Source of the DNA: Rickettsiales bacterium | GTDB lineage: Bacteria; Pseudomonadota; Alphaproteobacteria; Methylaequorales; Methylaequoraceae | Direction: 5' to 3' | NCBI GenBank assembly: GCA_002689325.1 | Contig: NZFP01000003.1 | Span: 13,217 to 77,216, forward strand | DNA length: 64,000 nt | Part shown: positions 36,262 through 46,535 of the stretch, one piece after another | How the letters are laid out: the number at the start of each line of letters is the position of its first letter | Position numbering within the stretch: the stretch's first letter is position 1 | Translations under genes and position numbers: made by a program | The notes under the pieces: generated by a model | Databases searched by the model: none | What the model saw: the letters and a program-made list of their open reading frames with translations, nothing else | What the model was told of the DNA's origin: nothing

Positions 36262-37890
36262 TCAGTTATTACAATTTTTAAATTTTAATACAGCTGAAAT
36301 AAATGAATTAAAAATTGGATGAGGATTAAAAGGCGTAGATTTTAACTCAGGGTGAAACTGAACACCAATAAACCAAGGATGTTTTGCTCTTTCAATTATT
36401 TCAACAAGTTTTCTATTAGGTGACATACCAGACAGTGTTATACCACTCTTTTCAATAGATTTTAAATAATTATAATTTACTTCATATCTATGCCTATGTC
36501 GCTCAAAGATTTTTATTTTTTTATATATTTTAAAAATTAATGTATCCTTTTTTAAAATTGATTCGTAAGAACCTAATCTCATACTACCACCAAGGTTATC
36601 TAAATCTTGTTTGTGAATTTTCTTATCTTTTTCCCATTCATGCATCATACAGATAGCCGGGAAATCAGTTTTGCCAAATTCAGTTGAAGACGACTTTTCA
36701 TATCCTTTTAGATCCCTTAACGATTCAATAATGGCTAATTGCATTCCAAAACATATTCCTAAAAAAGGTACATTGAATTTTTTTGCAAATTTAATTGCAT
36801 TTATTTTTCCAAGAGAACCCTCTTTTCCAAAACCACCAGGCACTAAAATTCCATGAAAATTTTTAAGAACTTTCTGTGTTTTATTTAAATCAACAATTTT
36901 TCTAGAATCTATCCAAGAGATATTAACTTTGGTATTATTATAGATACCACTATGAAATAGCGCCTCATTTAAAGATTTATATGATTCTGATAGATTTGTA
37001 TATTTTCCTACGATAGCAATATCTATCTCCTTGTTTAAATTTATAAACTTTTGATGAAATTTATTCCAAAAATCTAAATTTGTTTTTTTTTTTTTTAAAG
37101 AAAAATGTGAGTTTAATTTTTTTAAAAGACCTTCATTATGTAACTTTAGAGGAACTTCGTAAATTGTTTGAGCATTCTCAAGCATCAATACAGAATCAAG
37201 AGATAAATTACAAAAAAGAGATATTTTTTTTTTAGAGTCTGATGAAAACTTTTTTTCAGTTCTACATATTAATAAGTCTGGTTGAATTCCTAATCCTAGT
37301 AATTCTTTAACAGAATGTTGTGTAGGCTTTGTTTTAAACTCATTTGCAGATGAGATGAAAGGTACAAGAGTAATGTGAATGAAAAGTGATCTATCTGTAC
37401 CAAGTTCATTTCTCAATTGTCTTAGAGCTTCTAAAAATGGTAGGCTTTCTATATCTCCAACTGTTCCACCGATTTCACAAATTACGAAATCCTCATTCTT
37501 AAGATCTTTTTTAATAAATTTTTTTATTTCTTCTGTTACATGAGGTATGACTTGAACAGTTGAACCTAAATAATCACCTTTTCTTTCCTTTCTTAAAACT
37601 TCAGAATAAACTTTCCCAGTTGTAATATTATCATTTTTTTTTGAAATTATTCCTGTAAATCTTTCATAATGTCCTAGATCCATATCAGTTTCTGCTCCAT
37701 CATCTGTAACAAAAACTTCGCCATGTTGAGCTGGGTTCATGGTTCCAGGATCAATATTTAAGTAAGGGTCAAGTTTTCTTATTCTTAATTTAAATTTAGA
37801 TAATTTTAATAATGATGCTAAAGAAGAGGTTACAATACCTTTACCAAGTGAAGAAACAACTCCTCCAGTAATAAAAATATATCTAGTCAT
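36262..37890 (-). CDS. pyrG: CTP synthase
   Basis: YIFITGGVVSSLGKG, GICFGMQ and HRHRYEVN. Confidence 0.97.
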   Translation of the reverse strand: MTRYIFITGGVVSSLGKGIVTSSLASLLKLSKFKLRIRKLDPYLNIDPGTMNPAQHGEVFVTDDGAETDMDLGHYERFTGIISKKNDNITTGKVYSEVLRKERKGDYLGSTVQVIPHVTEEIKKFIKKDLKNEDFVICEIGGTVGDIESLPFLEALRQLRNELGTDRSLFIHITLVPFISSANEFKTKPTQHSVKELLGLGIQPDLLICRTEKKFSSDSKKKISLFCNLSLDSVLMLENAQTIYEVPLKLHNEGLLKKLNSHFSLKKKKTNLDFWNKFHQKFINLNKEIDIAIVGKYTNLSESYKSLNEALFHSGIYNNTKVNISWIDSRKIVDLNKTQKVLKNFHGILVPGGFGKEGSLGKINAIKFAKKFNVPFLGICFGMQLAIIESLRDLKGYEKSSSTEFGKTDFPAICMMHEWEKDKKIHKQDLDNLGGSMRLGSYESILKKDTLIFKIYKKIKIFERHRHRYEVNYNYLKSIEKSGITLSGMSPNRKLVEIIERAKHPWFIGVQFHPELKSTPFNPHPIFNSFISAVLKFKNCNN

Positions 37891-37909
37891 TATTTTTTAA
37901 AAAAATTAC

Positions 37910-38269
37910 TTACTCCGTTGGAACAGTTAGATCATTATCATCTGATTTTTCAACATCAAACTCTTCCGGTATCAAATCTAATCTGTCAATTATGGAATCA
38001 TCTGAAGAATCAATTATCGACTCTTGATTATAATTTGAATTGGTAATGAATACTAAAGAAAGACTTGTTAAAAAAAAGCAAAAAGCAAGAAAAGAGGTGG
38101 TTTTAGTTAAAATATTAGAAGTACTTCTAGCAGTTAGAAAGTCACCAAGTCCGCCTGAGCCACCAGCCTGACCTATGCCTAATCCACCTCCTTCAGATCT
38201 TTGAAGTAAGATTAAAATTATAAGAAAAACACAAATAATTATATGGATTGATAAAATTACAGCAAACAT
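37910..38269 (-). CDS. secG: Preprotein translocase subunit SecG
   Basis: ILILLQRSEGGGLG motif and a second TM segment. Confidence 0.85.
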   Translation of the reverse strand: MFAVILSIHIIICVFLIILILLQRSEGGGLGIGQAGGSGGLGDFLTARSTSNILTKTTSFLAFCFFLTSLSLVFITNSNYNQESIIDSSDDSIIDRLDLIPEEFDVEKSDDNDLTVPTE

Positions 38270-38304
38270 GATCTAAACAATATTGAAAATTTGAAAAAAA
38301 TCAA

Positions 38305-39039
38305 TTAAAAATCTCCTTTTAGAATTTTTGTAATTTCTCTTTCTAATAAACTTGCTCCACCAATGAGCGCACCATGAACTTGACATTTATCTCTTATTTC
38401 AAAAAAATTTTGAGAATTTACTGACCCACCATATAAAAACTTAATTTCATTAATTTTTTTATTTTTTTTTAAGAAGTTTATACAACTCTCTTTAACTTCT
38501 ATTATATCCTCAATAGTTGGTGTTAAGCCTGAACCAATAGCCCAAATTGGTTCATAGGCAATTATTAATTGTTTCAAATTTTTTGGTATACATTCTTCTA
38601 ACTGTTTACAGATAAACTTCAAATATGATTTTTTTTGTCTAAGTAAAAACGACTCCCCCACACAAACAATAGGAATAATATTATTTTTAATTGCAATATT
38701 GATTTTTTTTTTAACATCAAAATTTTCTTCTTTATGATACTCTCTTCTTTCTGAATGCCCTACAATTACATATTTACAACCATATTCTTTGATCAGTGAA
38801 ATACTCGAATCTCCAGTAAAAGATCCTTTTTCCTCAGAATGACAATCTTGAGCACCTAAAATAATTTGAGATGATTGAATTAAGTCTCTTACATGAGGTA
38901 TAAGTAAATATTGAGGACAAACGATATTTTTTATATTTTTTGAAATTTTCAAACTTTTAAGCTTAGAAATTAATTTTTTAGCATTAATTAAATTTAAATT
39001 CATCTTCCAATTTGAAACAATTAATGTATTTTGTGCCAT
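38305..39039 (-). CDS. tpiA: Triosephosphate isomerase
   Basis: SNWKMN, VGHSERR, AYEPIWAIGSG and GGASL. I prefer the ATG at 39039 (MAQNTLIVSNWKMN) over the TTG at 39054 listed in the track. Confidence 0.93.
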   Translation of the reverse strand: MAQNTLIVSNWKMNLNLINAKKLISKLKSLKISKNIKNIVCPQYLLIPHVRDLIQSSQIILGAQDCHSEEKGSFTGDSSISLIKEYGCKYVIVGHSERREYHKEENFDVKKKINIAIKNNIIPIVCVGESFLLRQKKSYLKFICKQLEECIPKNLKQLIIAYEPIWAIGSGLTPTIEDIIEVKESCINFLKKNKKINEIKFLYGGSVNSQNFFEIRDKCQVHGALIGGASLLEREITKILKGDF

Positions 39040-39075
39040 ATATATGTTATACAACTTTTTTAATATCTTTAAAAC

Positions 39076-40962
39076 ATGTTAACAACCTTAAGAAACACAT
39101 CTAAAAATATTGTTCTCAAGTTTGTTCTTGGAACCCTTCTTACAATACTAATAATAAGTTTTGCTATGTGGGGAACCGAGGATCTAGTTGGTATAACAAA
39201 GAAACAAAACACAGTGGCTTCTGTTGGTAAACTTGATGTTTCGGCTCAAGAGTTTTACTCCCTTTATTCTAGACAAACTGAAGAAATTCGAAAATTATTA
39301 GGAGCCTCACTCGATATAAAGAAATCAAGAGAGTTTGGATATGTGGACAGAGCATTAAGTTCTTTAATTAATAGGGCCTTATTTAATAATGAAGCTTTAG
39401 AATTAGGGTTATCTGTTAGTGACAGAAATGTTAAGGATAAAATTTTAAATGACGATGCATTTAAAGATGATTTAGGCCAATTCAGCGAACTTTTGTTTAG
39501 ACAATTAATTTCAGAATCCGGTTACACTGAGGCTAGTTATGTTGAGGGAACACGTCAAGACCTTGCAAGAGAGCAAATGGTAGAAACTATTAGGTCAAGC
39601 TTAATTATACCCAAGATAATTGAAAATAAACTAGGTGAATACAATTTACAAGAGAGAGCAGTCGACTACGTTGTCATTGACTCTCAAAAAGAAAAAATTG
39701 GAAACATTACAGATCAAGAAATAAAAAAATATTATGAAGAAAATAAAAAAACATTTCTTTCTACTGAATTCAGAAGTGCCCAAACACTTCTACTGGATGC
39801 AAAAAAATATGCAAAAAAATCAACTGTCACTGAAGATGAAATTCAACTTTTATATGAAGAGAGAAAAGAAACGTTAATAGAACCGGAACGAAGATATCTA
39901 AAACAAATATTGGTTCAAGATGAGAAAAAAGCTAGTTCAATATTTGATGTTTTAAAAAAGAGTGATTTTACAAAAATTGCAAAAACAAAGGCAAACTTAA
40001 CAGAAGCTGATATAGATCTTGGCTGGAATACCAAAAATGAATTACCTGATGAAATTGTTGATGCAGTTTTTACTTTAACAAAGAATGAAATTTCAAAACC
40101 CATCGAAAGTACTTTCGGATGGCATATAGTAAAACTGATTGATATAAAAAAGAAAAAAGAAGTAACTTATAAAGAAGTAAAAAATAGTTTTAAAAATGAA
40201 ATTTTACTCGATAAAGGTAAGGAGGCTGTTTTTGACTTGCAAGATGAATTAGAAGATCTTCTGTCATCAGGCAGTACGTTTGAAGAAATATCAGAAACAT
40301 TGGACGTAACTTTAATTAAAGCTCAAATGATAAACAGATCTGGAATTGATGAAAATGGAAAAGTAAACTCAAAATTTCAGGATGAAAGAATTTTAAGAAC
40401 CATTTTTAATCAAAGTTTAAATGAGGAGGGAAATATAATAAATATTGATAAAGATGAAGGTCTTGCAATAAGTATTGTTACAGAGATAGTTGAACCGAAA
40501 CAACTCTCCCTCGAAGAATCTTTGGAGGAGGTTAAAAGTCAACTGTCAAATAAGTTAAAAAAAGAAAAGGCAATGAAAAGGGCCAATGAAATACAAAGAA
40601 CAATTAAAACTGATAAAGATTTTAGTATTATGGCCAAAAAGAATAATCTTGAAATAAAAGGAGTTAAGCCTTTTACAAGAATTCTTCCAGATAGTAGTGA
40701 CCTACCAATCCCACTTATTAGTAAAATATTTGAGTCCAGGTTGTATGATGTAAACATTGAAACAAGAGGACCTAATGAGATTATTTTAGCTCAGACGGTA
40801 GAAATCATTGATAGTTTGGTAAAAGATAAAAAGGAACTAGATGATTTTAGTTCAAGGATTAAAGATGATATAACTATCGATCTTTTAGCTCAATTTTCTG
40901 AAGCTTTAAGAAAAAAATATAAAATTACAATTAATGATGATGTAATTGATCAATTAAATTAA
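39076..40962 (+). CDS. ppiD: Periplasmic chaperone / peptidyl-prolyl isomerase PpiD-like
   Basis: N-terminal anchor VLKFVLGTLLTILIISFAMWG, a SurA-N-like region, and the parvulin motif FGWHIVKL. Confidence 0.8.
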   Translation: MLTTLRNTSKNIVLKFVLGTLLTILIISFAMWGTEDLVGITKKQNTVASVGKLDVSAQEFYSLYSRQTEEIRKLLGASLDIKKSREFGYVDRALSSLINRALFNNEALELGLSVSDRNVKDKILNDDAFKDDLGQFSELLFRQLISESGYTEASYVEGTRQDLAREQMVETIRSSLIIPKIIENKLGEYNLQERAVDYVVIDSQKEKIGNITDQEIKKYYEENKKTFLSTEFRSAQTLLLDAKKYAKKSTVTEDEIQLLYEERKETLIEPERRYLKQILVQDEKKASSIFDVLKKSDFTKIAKTKANLTEADIDLGWNTKNELPDEIVDAVFTLTKNEISKPIESTFGWHIVKLIDIKKKKEVTYKEVKNSFKNEILLDKGKEAVFDLQDELEDLLSSGSTFEEISETLDVTLIKAQMINRSGIDENGKVNSKFQDERILRTIFNQSLNEEGNIINIDKDEGLAISIVTEIVEPKQLSLEESLEEVKSQLSNKLKKEKAMKRANEIQRTIKTDKDFSIMAKKNNLEIKGVKPFTRILPDSSDLPIPLISKIFESRLYDVNIETRGPNEIILAQTVEIIDSLVKDKKELDDFSSRIKDDITIDLLAQFSEALRKKYKITINDDVIDQLN

Positions 40963-40968
40963 ACTTCA

Positions 40969-42468
40969 ATGGATATATTAAAACCTGATCTTAAACTGTT
41001 TAAAGAAAAGTATGATTCAGGAATTAAACAAGTTTTATTTACATCATTTGCTGCTGATGTCCACACCCCAATTTCCACTTTACTAAAACTTCAAAAGGAA
41101 AAATACCTATTCTTATTCGAATCTGTAGAAAGAGGAAGTCAAAAAGGCAGATATTCTGTAATTGGATTGAAACCAGATTTAATTTGGGAATGTAAAGATG
41201 GTATTTCTAAAATAAAAAAAACAAATGAGAAAGTTGTTAGAAAAAAGGTTTATTCTGATCCACTGGATAGCCTAAGAAAAGTTATAGAAGAAAATAAATT
41301 AAAAATTCCACATAAATTACCTTCTATTGCTTGTGGTTTATTTGGATACCTTGGGTACGAAATGATTAAATACTTTGAAAATGTTGAAATGATTAAAAAG
41401 GATAGACTTAATTTGCCTGAATCAATTTTTATAAGACCGTCTTTAACGTTAGTTTTTGATAATGTGAATGATAAACTTTACATAAGTAAAATCATCTCTC
41501 CTAATCAAAAAAATGCATTAGAAACTTTCAAAATAGCCAAATTAGAAGTCACAAATTTGATTCAAAGAATAACTAAACCTCTAAAGAAAAATAACTTGAA
41601 TCTTCACAACTTAAACAGTAAAGCAGATATTTTTAAAAATGTAAAATCCAACACAACTTACTTAGAATTCAAAAAAATGGTTGAGAAAGCCAAAAAATAC
41701 ATTTTTGAGGGTGAGATTTTTCAAGTTGTTTTGTCGAGACTTTTTAAATCAAAAATAAAATCAAGCCCAATGTCAATTTACAGAGCTTTAAGACACTTAA
41801 ATCCATCACCATATCTCTTTTTCATGAATTTTAAGGATTTTGTAATCGTTGGCTCAAGCCCGGAAATTTTGATTAAGTTAGAAAATGATAAAGTTACAAT
41901 TAGGCCTATTGCAGGAACAAGAAAAAGAGGTCAAACAAAACAAGAAGACAAAAAACTTGAAAGAGACTTACTCAGTGATCCCAAAGAAATATCTGAACAT
42001 TTAATGTTACTAGATTTAGGAAGAAATGATATTAGTAGAGTCACACAAGCTGGCACCGTTGAAGTTACTAATAAAATGTATATTGAATATTTTTCTCACG
42101 TAATGCATATTGTTTCAAATATCGAAGGAAAAATTAACAAAAAAAAAAATAGTACAGATGTTTTGTTTAGTGGATTTCCTGCTGGAACAGTCACAGGTGC
42201 TCCAAAAATACGGGCAATTGAGATTATCGAGGAATTAGAAAAAAGTAGAAGAAACATTTATGCGGGTTCAGTTGGATACATTTCAAATAATGGTAACATC
42301 AATACTTGCATAGCATTAAGAACTGCGTTAATTAAGGAAAAACAAATATATGTGCAAGCAGGTGCAGGTATTGTTGCTGACAGCAAACCCTTAAACGAGT
42401 TCAAGGAAACAGAAAATAAAGCCTTAGCAATATTAACAGCATGCAAATATGCAGATAATCTAAAATAA
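40969..42468 (+). CDS. trpE: Anthranilate synthase component I
   Basis: LFESVE, NPSPYLFF, GTVTGAPKIRAIEII and IYVQAGAGIVADS. Confidence 0.95.
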   Translation: MDILKPDLKLFKEKYDSGIKQVLFTSFAADVHTPISTLLKLQKEKYLFLFESVERGSQKGRYSVIGLKPDLIWECKDGISKIKKTNEKVVRKKVYSDPLDSLRKVIEENKLKIPHKLPSIACGLFGYLGYEMIKYFENVEMIKKDRLNLPESIFIRPSLTLVFDNVNDKLYISKIISPNQKNALETFKIAKLEVTNLIQRITKPLKKNNLNLHNLNSKADIFKNVKSNTTYLEFKKMVEKAKKYIFEGEIFQVVLSRLFKSKIKSSPMSIYRALRHLNPSPYLFFMNFKDFVIVGSSPEILIKLENDKVTIRPIAGTRKRGQTKQEDKKLERDLLSDPKEISEHLMLLDLGRNDISRVTQAGTVEVTNKMYIEYFSHVMHIVSNIEGKINKKKNSTDVLFSGFPAGTVTGAPKIRAIEIIEELEKSRRNIYAGSVGYISNNGNINTCIALRTALIKEKQIYVQAGAGIVADSKPLNEFKETENKALAILTACKYADNLK

Positions 42469-43049
42469 TGCTAATTCTAATAGATAACTACGATAGCTTT
42501 ACCTATAATTTGGTTCACTATTTTCAAGAAATAGGTCAGTCAGTGAAAGTTTTCAGGAATGATGAGATTTCTGTTGAAAAAATATTTAAATTAAAACCAA
42601 AATTTCTTGTTATTTCTCCTGGACCTAGCTCACCAAAAAATTCTGGAATTTGTTTGGAATTAATAAAAAAAAATTCAAAGTTACCAAAACCAATTCCAAT
42701 GCTCGGCGTTTGTCTTGGTCACCAAGCAATAGCAGAGGCATTTGGTGGAATAGTAATACAAAGTGGAAAACCCGTCCATGGAAAGGTAAGTGAAATTTAT
42801 CATGAAAACACTAATCTTTTTAAAAATATTAACAATCCATTCAATGCTACTAGATATCATTCATTAATTGTAAAAAAAAATAGTATTCCAAAAAATTTCA
42901 ATATAACTGCAACAATCAAAGATGGCACAGTTATGGCAATTGAACACTCAAATATCCCTATTTTTGGAGTTCAATTTCACCCAGAAAGCATTGCCACAGA
43001 TTCTGGACATCAGTTATTAAAAAATTTTATAAGCTTTAATACTAAATAA
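42468..43049 (+). CDS. trpG: Anthranilate synthase component II (glutamine amidotransferase)
   Basis: IDNYDSFTYNLV, GVCLGHQ and FGVQFHPES. Confidence 0.95.
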   Translation: MLILIDNYDSFTYNLVHYFQEIGQSVKVFRNDEISVEKIFKLKPKFLVISPGPSSPKNSGICLELIKKNSKLPKPIPMLGVCLGHQAIAEAFGGIVIQSGKPVHGKVSEIYHENTNLFKNINNPFNATRYHSLIVKKNSIPKNFNITATIKDGTVMAIEHSNIPIFGVQFHPESIATDSGHQLLKNFISFNTK

Positions 43050-43068
43050 TTAAAATTGGAGAATCAAA

Positions 43069-44067
43069 ATGAAAACAATTTTTAATAATCTTTTAAATGA
43101 AAAAGATCTCTCCTTTTCAGAAGCAAGTCTTTTAGTAGAAAACATTTTTAATTCAAATATTAGTAATATTCAATTATCATCAATTTTAACTTTACTACAC
43201 AAAAAAAAAGAATCTTTTAACGAAATACATGCATTTACTAATTACTTAAAAAAAAAATGTAAAAAAATAAACATTGAAGATGAATTTATGGACACTTGTG
43301 GCACAGGCGGTGATAACAAAGGAAGCTTTAATTTTTCGACAGCGACCTCAATCCTTCTCTCTACATTTAATGTTAAAATTTCTAAGCATGGAAATAGAAG
43401 TATTACATCAAAATCTGGGAGTTTTGATGTTTTAGAATCACTAGGAATTAATACATCATCTGAATTAAGTCATATAAAAAAAACTCTAAAAACTAATGGT
43501 ATTTGTTTTCTATTTGCTCCAAATTTTCACGGTTCGTTAAAACAAGTTGCAGAGGTTAGAAAATCTTTACCTTTTAAAACAATTTTTAATCTTTTAGGTC
43601 CACTTTTAAACCCATTAAAATTAAAATATCAACTTTTAGGTGTCAGCAATTATGAAAATTTGCTTACTCATGCAAAGTGTCTGAGTAAAATGAACTTAAA
43701 AAAGGCATGGGTTGTATTTGGAGAAAAAGGATATGATGAATTAACCACGACCTCAAAAAATTATATTATTGAAGTAAAAAAAAATAAAATTAGCAAAGTT
43801 AAGATACTTGACCCAAAAGAGATTGGTTTTAAAATAAGAAAACAAGGTGAGTTAAAAGGTGGGACTCCCGAAGAAAATGCATTCATTATGCGGCGCTTCT
43901 TTGAGGGTGAAAGTGGTGCAATAAGGGATAATGTTATATTAAATACCGCTGCAGGCTTATTTATATGCGATAAAGTTAAAAATATAAAAGAAGGTGTTTC
44001 TAAAGCCACTATGAATATTGATAATGGTCTAGGTCTTAAAAAATTAAATTCATTAATTACATCATAA
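43069..44067 (+). CDS. trpD: Anthranilate phosphoribosyltransferase
   Basis: DTCGTGGDNKGSFNFST and KHGNRSITSKSGSFDVLE. Confidence 0.95.
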   Translation: MKTIFNNLLNEKDLSFSEASLLVENIFNSNISNIQLSSILTLLHKKKESFNEIHAFTNYLKKKCKKINIEDEFMDTCGTGGDNKGSFNFSTATSILLSTFNVKISKHGNRSITSKSGSFDVLESLGINTSSELSHIKKTLKTNGICFLFAPNFHGSLKQVAEVRKSLPFKTIFNLLGPLLNPLKLKYQLLGVSNYENLLTHAKCLSKMNLKKAWVVFGEKGYDELTTTSKNYIIEVKKNKISKVKILDPKEIGFKIRKQGELKGGTPEENAFIMRRFFEGESGAIRDNVILNTAAGLFICDKVKNIKEGVSKATMNIDNGLGLKKLNSLITS

Positions 44068-44068
44068 T

Positions 44069-44836
44069 ATGAATATTTTAGACAAAATATGTCAACTTAA
44101 ACGTAAGGAAATTAATCTTTTAAAAAAAAAAGTTAACCCCTTTACACAAAAAATAAAAACCAGAGATTTTTTTAAACATTTAATTACTAATGACAATAAT
44201 AACTTTAATTTAATCGCTGAAATTAAAAAGAGCTCTCCAAGTAAAGGGCTAATTTGTAAGAAATTTGATCCTATTCAAATTGCTATTGATTATGAAAAAG
44301 CTGGAGCAAAATGCCTTTCTGTTTTAACTGAAAAAAACTACTTCGGTGGAAATATCAATTACATTTCACAAATAAAAAAATCTGTAAACATCCCAATTTT
44401 AAGAAAAGATTTTATCATTGATGAATGGCAAATCATTGAAAGTTACCACGCGGGTGCAGACTGTATTTTACTGATTTTAGCAATCCTAAGTGATTTACAA
44501 GTAAAAGTTTTTTATAATCTATCAAACAAATTAGGAATGGATGTAATATGTGAAGTACATAATGAAGAGGAGTTAAAACGTGCCGTAAAGTTGGAAGTAA
44601 ATTGTATTGGAATTAATAATAGGAATTTAAAAACCTTAGATGTTGATAAGAATACATTTCATTTACTTTCAAGCAAAATCCCTAGTAAAACAATTAAAAT
44701 TTGTGAAAGCGGATTAACCTGTAATGATGACTTGAAAAAGTTTACTAAAAGTGGAGCTAATGCTTTTTTAATTGGAGAGACCTTAATGAAATCGTATAAT
44801 ATTTATGAAGAAACAAAAAAAATAATTAAAAAATGA
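44069..44836 (+). CDS. trpC: Indole-3-glycerol phosphate synthase
   Basis: IAEIKKSSPSKG, LRKDFIIDEWQI and IGINNRNL. Confidence 0.95.
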   Translation: MNILDKICQLKRKEINLLKKKVNPFTQKIKTRDFFKHLITNDNNNFNLIAEIKKSSPSKGLICKKFDPIQIAIDYEKAGAKCLSVLTEKNYFGGNINYISQIKKSVNIPILRKDFIIDEWQIIESYHAGADCILLILAILSDLQVKVFYNLSNKLGMDVICEVHNEEELKRAVKLEVNCIGINNRNLKTLDVDKNTFHLLSSKIPSKTIKICESGLTCNDDLKKFTKSGANAFLIGETLMKSYNIYEETKKIIKK

Positions 44837-45303
44837 CATTTTCACACCTAAAAAATAATAAAATTTCTATGGTTGATATTTCAAAAAAAAAACTTACGAA
44901 TAGAGCTGCCATGGCTACATTAAGTTTAAATTTCTCAGAAAAAACCTTCAAAAAAATTATTAATAATAATTCACCGAAGGGTGAAATATTTAATATTGCT
45001 AGATCAGCAGGAATTTCTGCTGCTAAAAAAACTTCAGAATTGATTCCTTTATGTCATAATTTACCAATATCCTTCATTGATATTGATTTTAAAGTTGATA
45101 AAAAAAATCTATCCGTTCAAATATTATCAGAGATTAAAACTCAATTTTCAACAGGTGTTGAAATGGAAGCATTAACAGCTTGTTCAATTGCTGGATTAGT
45201 AATCTATGATATGTGCAAATCATTAGATAAAAAGATAATTATGAGTGAGTTAAAACTTTTATCTAAAAAAGGTGGTAAATCAGGTACTTTTAAAAATGAT
45301 TAG
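44833..45303 (+). CDS. moaC: Cyclic pyranopterin monophosphate synthase MoaC
   Basis: MVDISKK, LIPLCHNL and TGVEMEALTA. Confidence 0.92.
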   Translation: MTFSHLKNNKISMVDISKKKLTNRAAMATLSLNFSEKTFKKIINNNSPKGEIFNIARSAGISAAKKTSELIPLCHNLPISFIDIDFKVDKKNLSVQILSEIKTQFSTGVEMEALTACSIAGLVIYDMCKSLDKKIIMSELKLLSKKGGKSGTFKND

Positions 45304-46498
45304 TTTTGAAAGTGCACTAAATTTAATACAGAAAAATGTATCAAAATCTTTAAATTCTGAATTTATCGATGTTTATGAAAGTTTAGGGAGAATACTTGCA
45401 TCTGATTTACATTCGAAATGTGATTATCCACGGGAAAATCTTTCCTCAATGGATGGAGCTGTAATATTTAAATCGGATTTACAATTAGAAGAAATTAAAA
45501 TTGTGGGTGAAATCAAGGCAGGAGATGGTTTTACAAATGATTTTAGTAAAGGTGAATCTAAACTAATTTTCACTGGGGGAATTATTCCAGGTAAAAACAA
45601 AATTATAATTCCAAAGGAACAATTTTTAATTTCTAGAAATAAATTAATAATTAAAGAAAGAAAATTTCAAAATTATATAAGAATTAAAGGAAGTGATTTT
45701 AAAAAAGATGAGTTGTGTATTAGTAAAAATACAAAAATGAGTTGCAGAACAGTTGCTTTAGCTGCAACAATGAGAATAAAAAAAATCAAAGTTTTCAAAA
45801 AACCAGATGTGATAGTAATAATAACTGGAGATGAGCTAATATCATACAAGAATAAAAGTCCACTAGTTATATCAACAAATCAAATAATGATAAAAAAAAT
45901 AGTTGATGAGTTTGGAGGTAATCTTAAGAATATTTATGCTGTGAAAGACAAAACTGAAGACTTAGAAAAATTAATTAAAAAACTTGGTAACTTTGACATC
46001 CTTATTACCTCAGGAGGTATTTCACAAGGTAAGTATGATTTAGTTAAAAAAGTTATGTTTAAACAAAAAATGAAAATTTTATTTGATAGGGTCACAATAA
46101 AACCAGGAAAACCAACAACTTTCGGAAAATTTTCAAAAAATAGATTTTTTTTGGGTTTACCAGGTAATCCTGTTTCATGTTTTACATCATTAGTTTTTTT
46201 TTTTTCTAAGTTCGTTAACTGTTTTTATGGTAGCGACTACCTTAATATTTCAAAGACAAGACTTATTATTAATAAGAATTTAAAAAAAAATAATCACTTA
46301 ACATTATTTTTAAGAATTAAAACATTAAAAACTAATCCTAAACTATTTAATGTTTATTCAAAACAAGATAGTGGGCAAATGAAAATTTTAAGTGAATCAA
46401 ATGGAATTCTTGTTAGAAAACCTTATGAAGAAAAATTAAAAAAAGGCATGAAATGCGATGTACTACTATATGATGATATAATTAACAATAAGATATGA
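45296..46498 (+). CDS. moeA: Molybdopterin molybdenumtransferase MoeA
   Basis: ISFESALNLI, SSMDGA, SGGISQGKYD and KPGKPTTFG. The in-frame ATG at 45296 is preferred over the GTG at 45272. Confidence 0.88.
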   Translation: MISFESALNLIQKNVSKSLNSEFIDVYESLGRILASDLHSKCDYPRENLSSMDGAVIFKSDLQLEEIKIVGEIKAGDGFTNDFSKGESKLIFTGGIIPGKNKIIIPKEQFLISRNKLIIKERKFQNYIRIKGSDFKKDELCISKNTKMSCRTVALAATMRIKKIKVFKKPDVIVIITGDELISYKNKSPLVISTNQIMIKKIVDEFGGNLKNIYAVKDKTEDLEKLIKKLGNFDILITSGGISQGKYDLVKKVMFKQKMKILFDRVTIKPGKPTTFGKFSKNRFFLGLPGNPVSCFTSLVFFFSKFVNCFYGSDYLNISKTRLIINKNLKKNNHLTLFLRIKTLKTNPKLFNVYSKQDSGQMKILSESNGILVRKPYEEKLKKGMKCDVLLYDDIINNKI

Positions 46499-46513
46499 CT
46501 TGACTAACCGGTA

Positions 46514-46528
46514 GAACTTATGTAGAAC
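46514..46528 (+). promoter_or_regulatory. Alphaproteobacterial SOS box GAAC-N7-GAAC upstream of lexA (autoregulation)
   Basis: Reads GAACttatgtaGAAC and ends 8 nt before the lexA ATG (46536). A TTGACT lies at 46500-46505, 17 nt before TAGAAC. No Shine-Dalgarno sequence is visible. Confidence 0.8.
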
Positions 46529-46535
46529 ATTTATT

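Noticed and set aside
37083-37096. Long homopolymer runs inside genes (T14 in pyrG; T13 at 16308-16320 in the CoA-transferase; many A/T runs of 10 or more) as possible phase-variation switches
   Set aside because: They encode in-frame Lys runs within intact, conserved housekeeping ORFs. They are consistent with the extreme AT bias, and no frameshifted alleles are visible.
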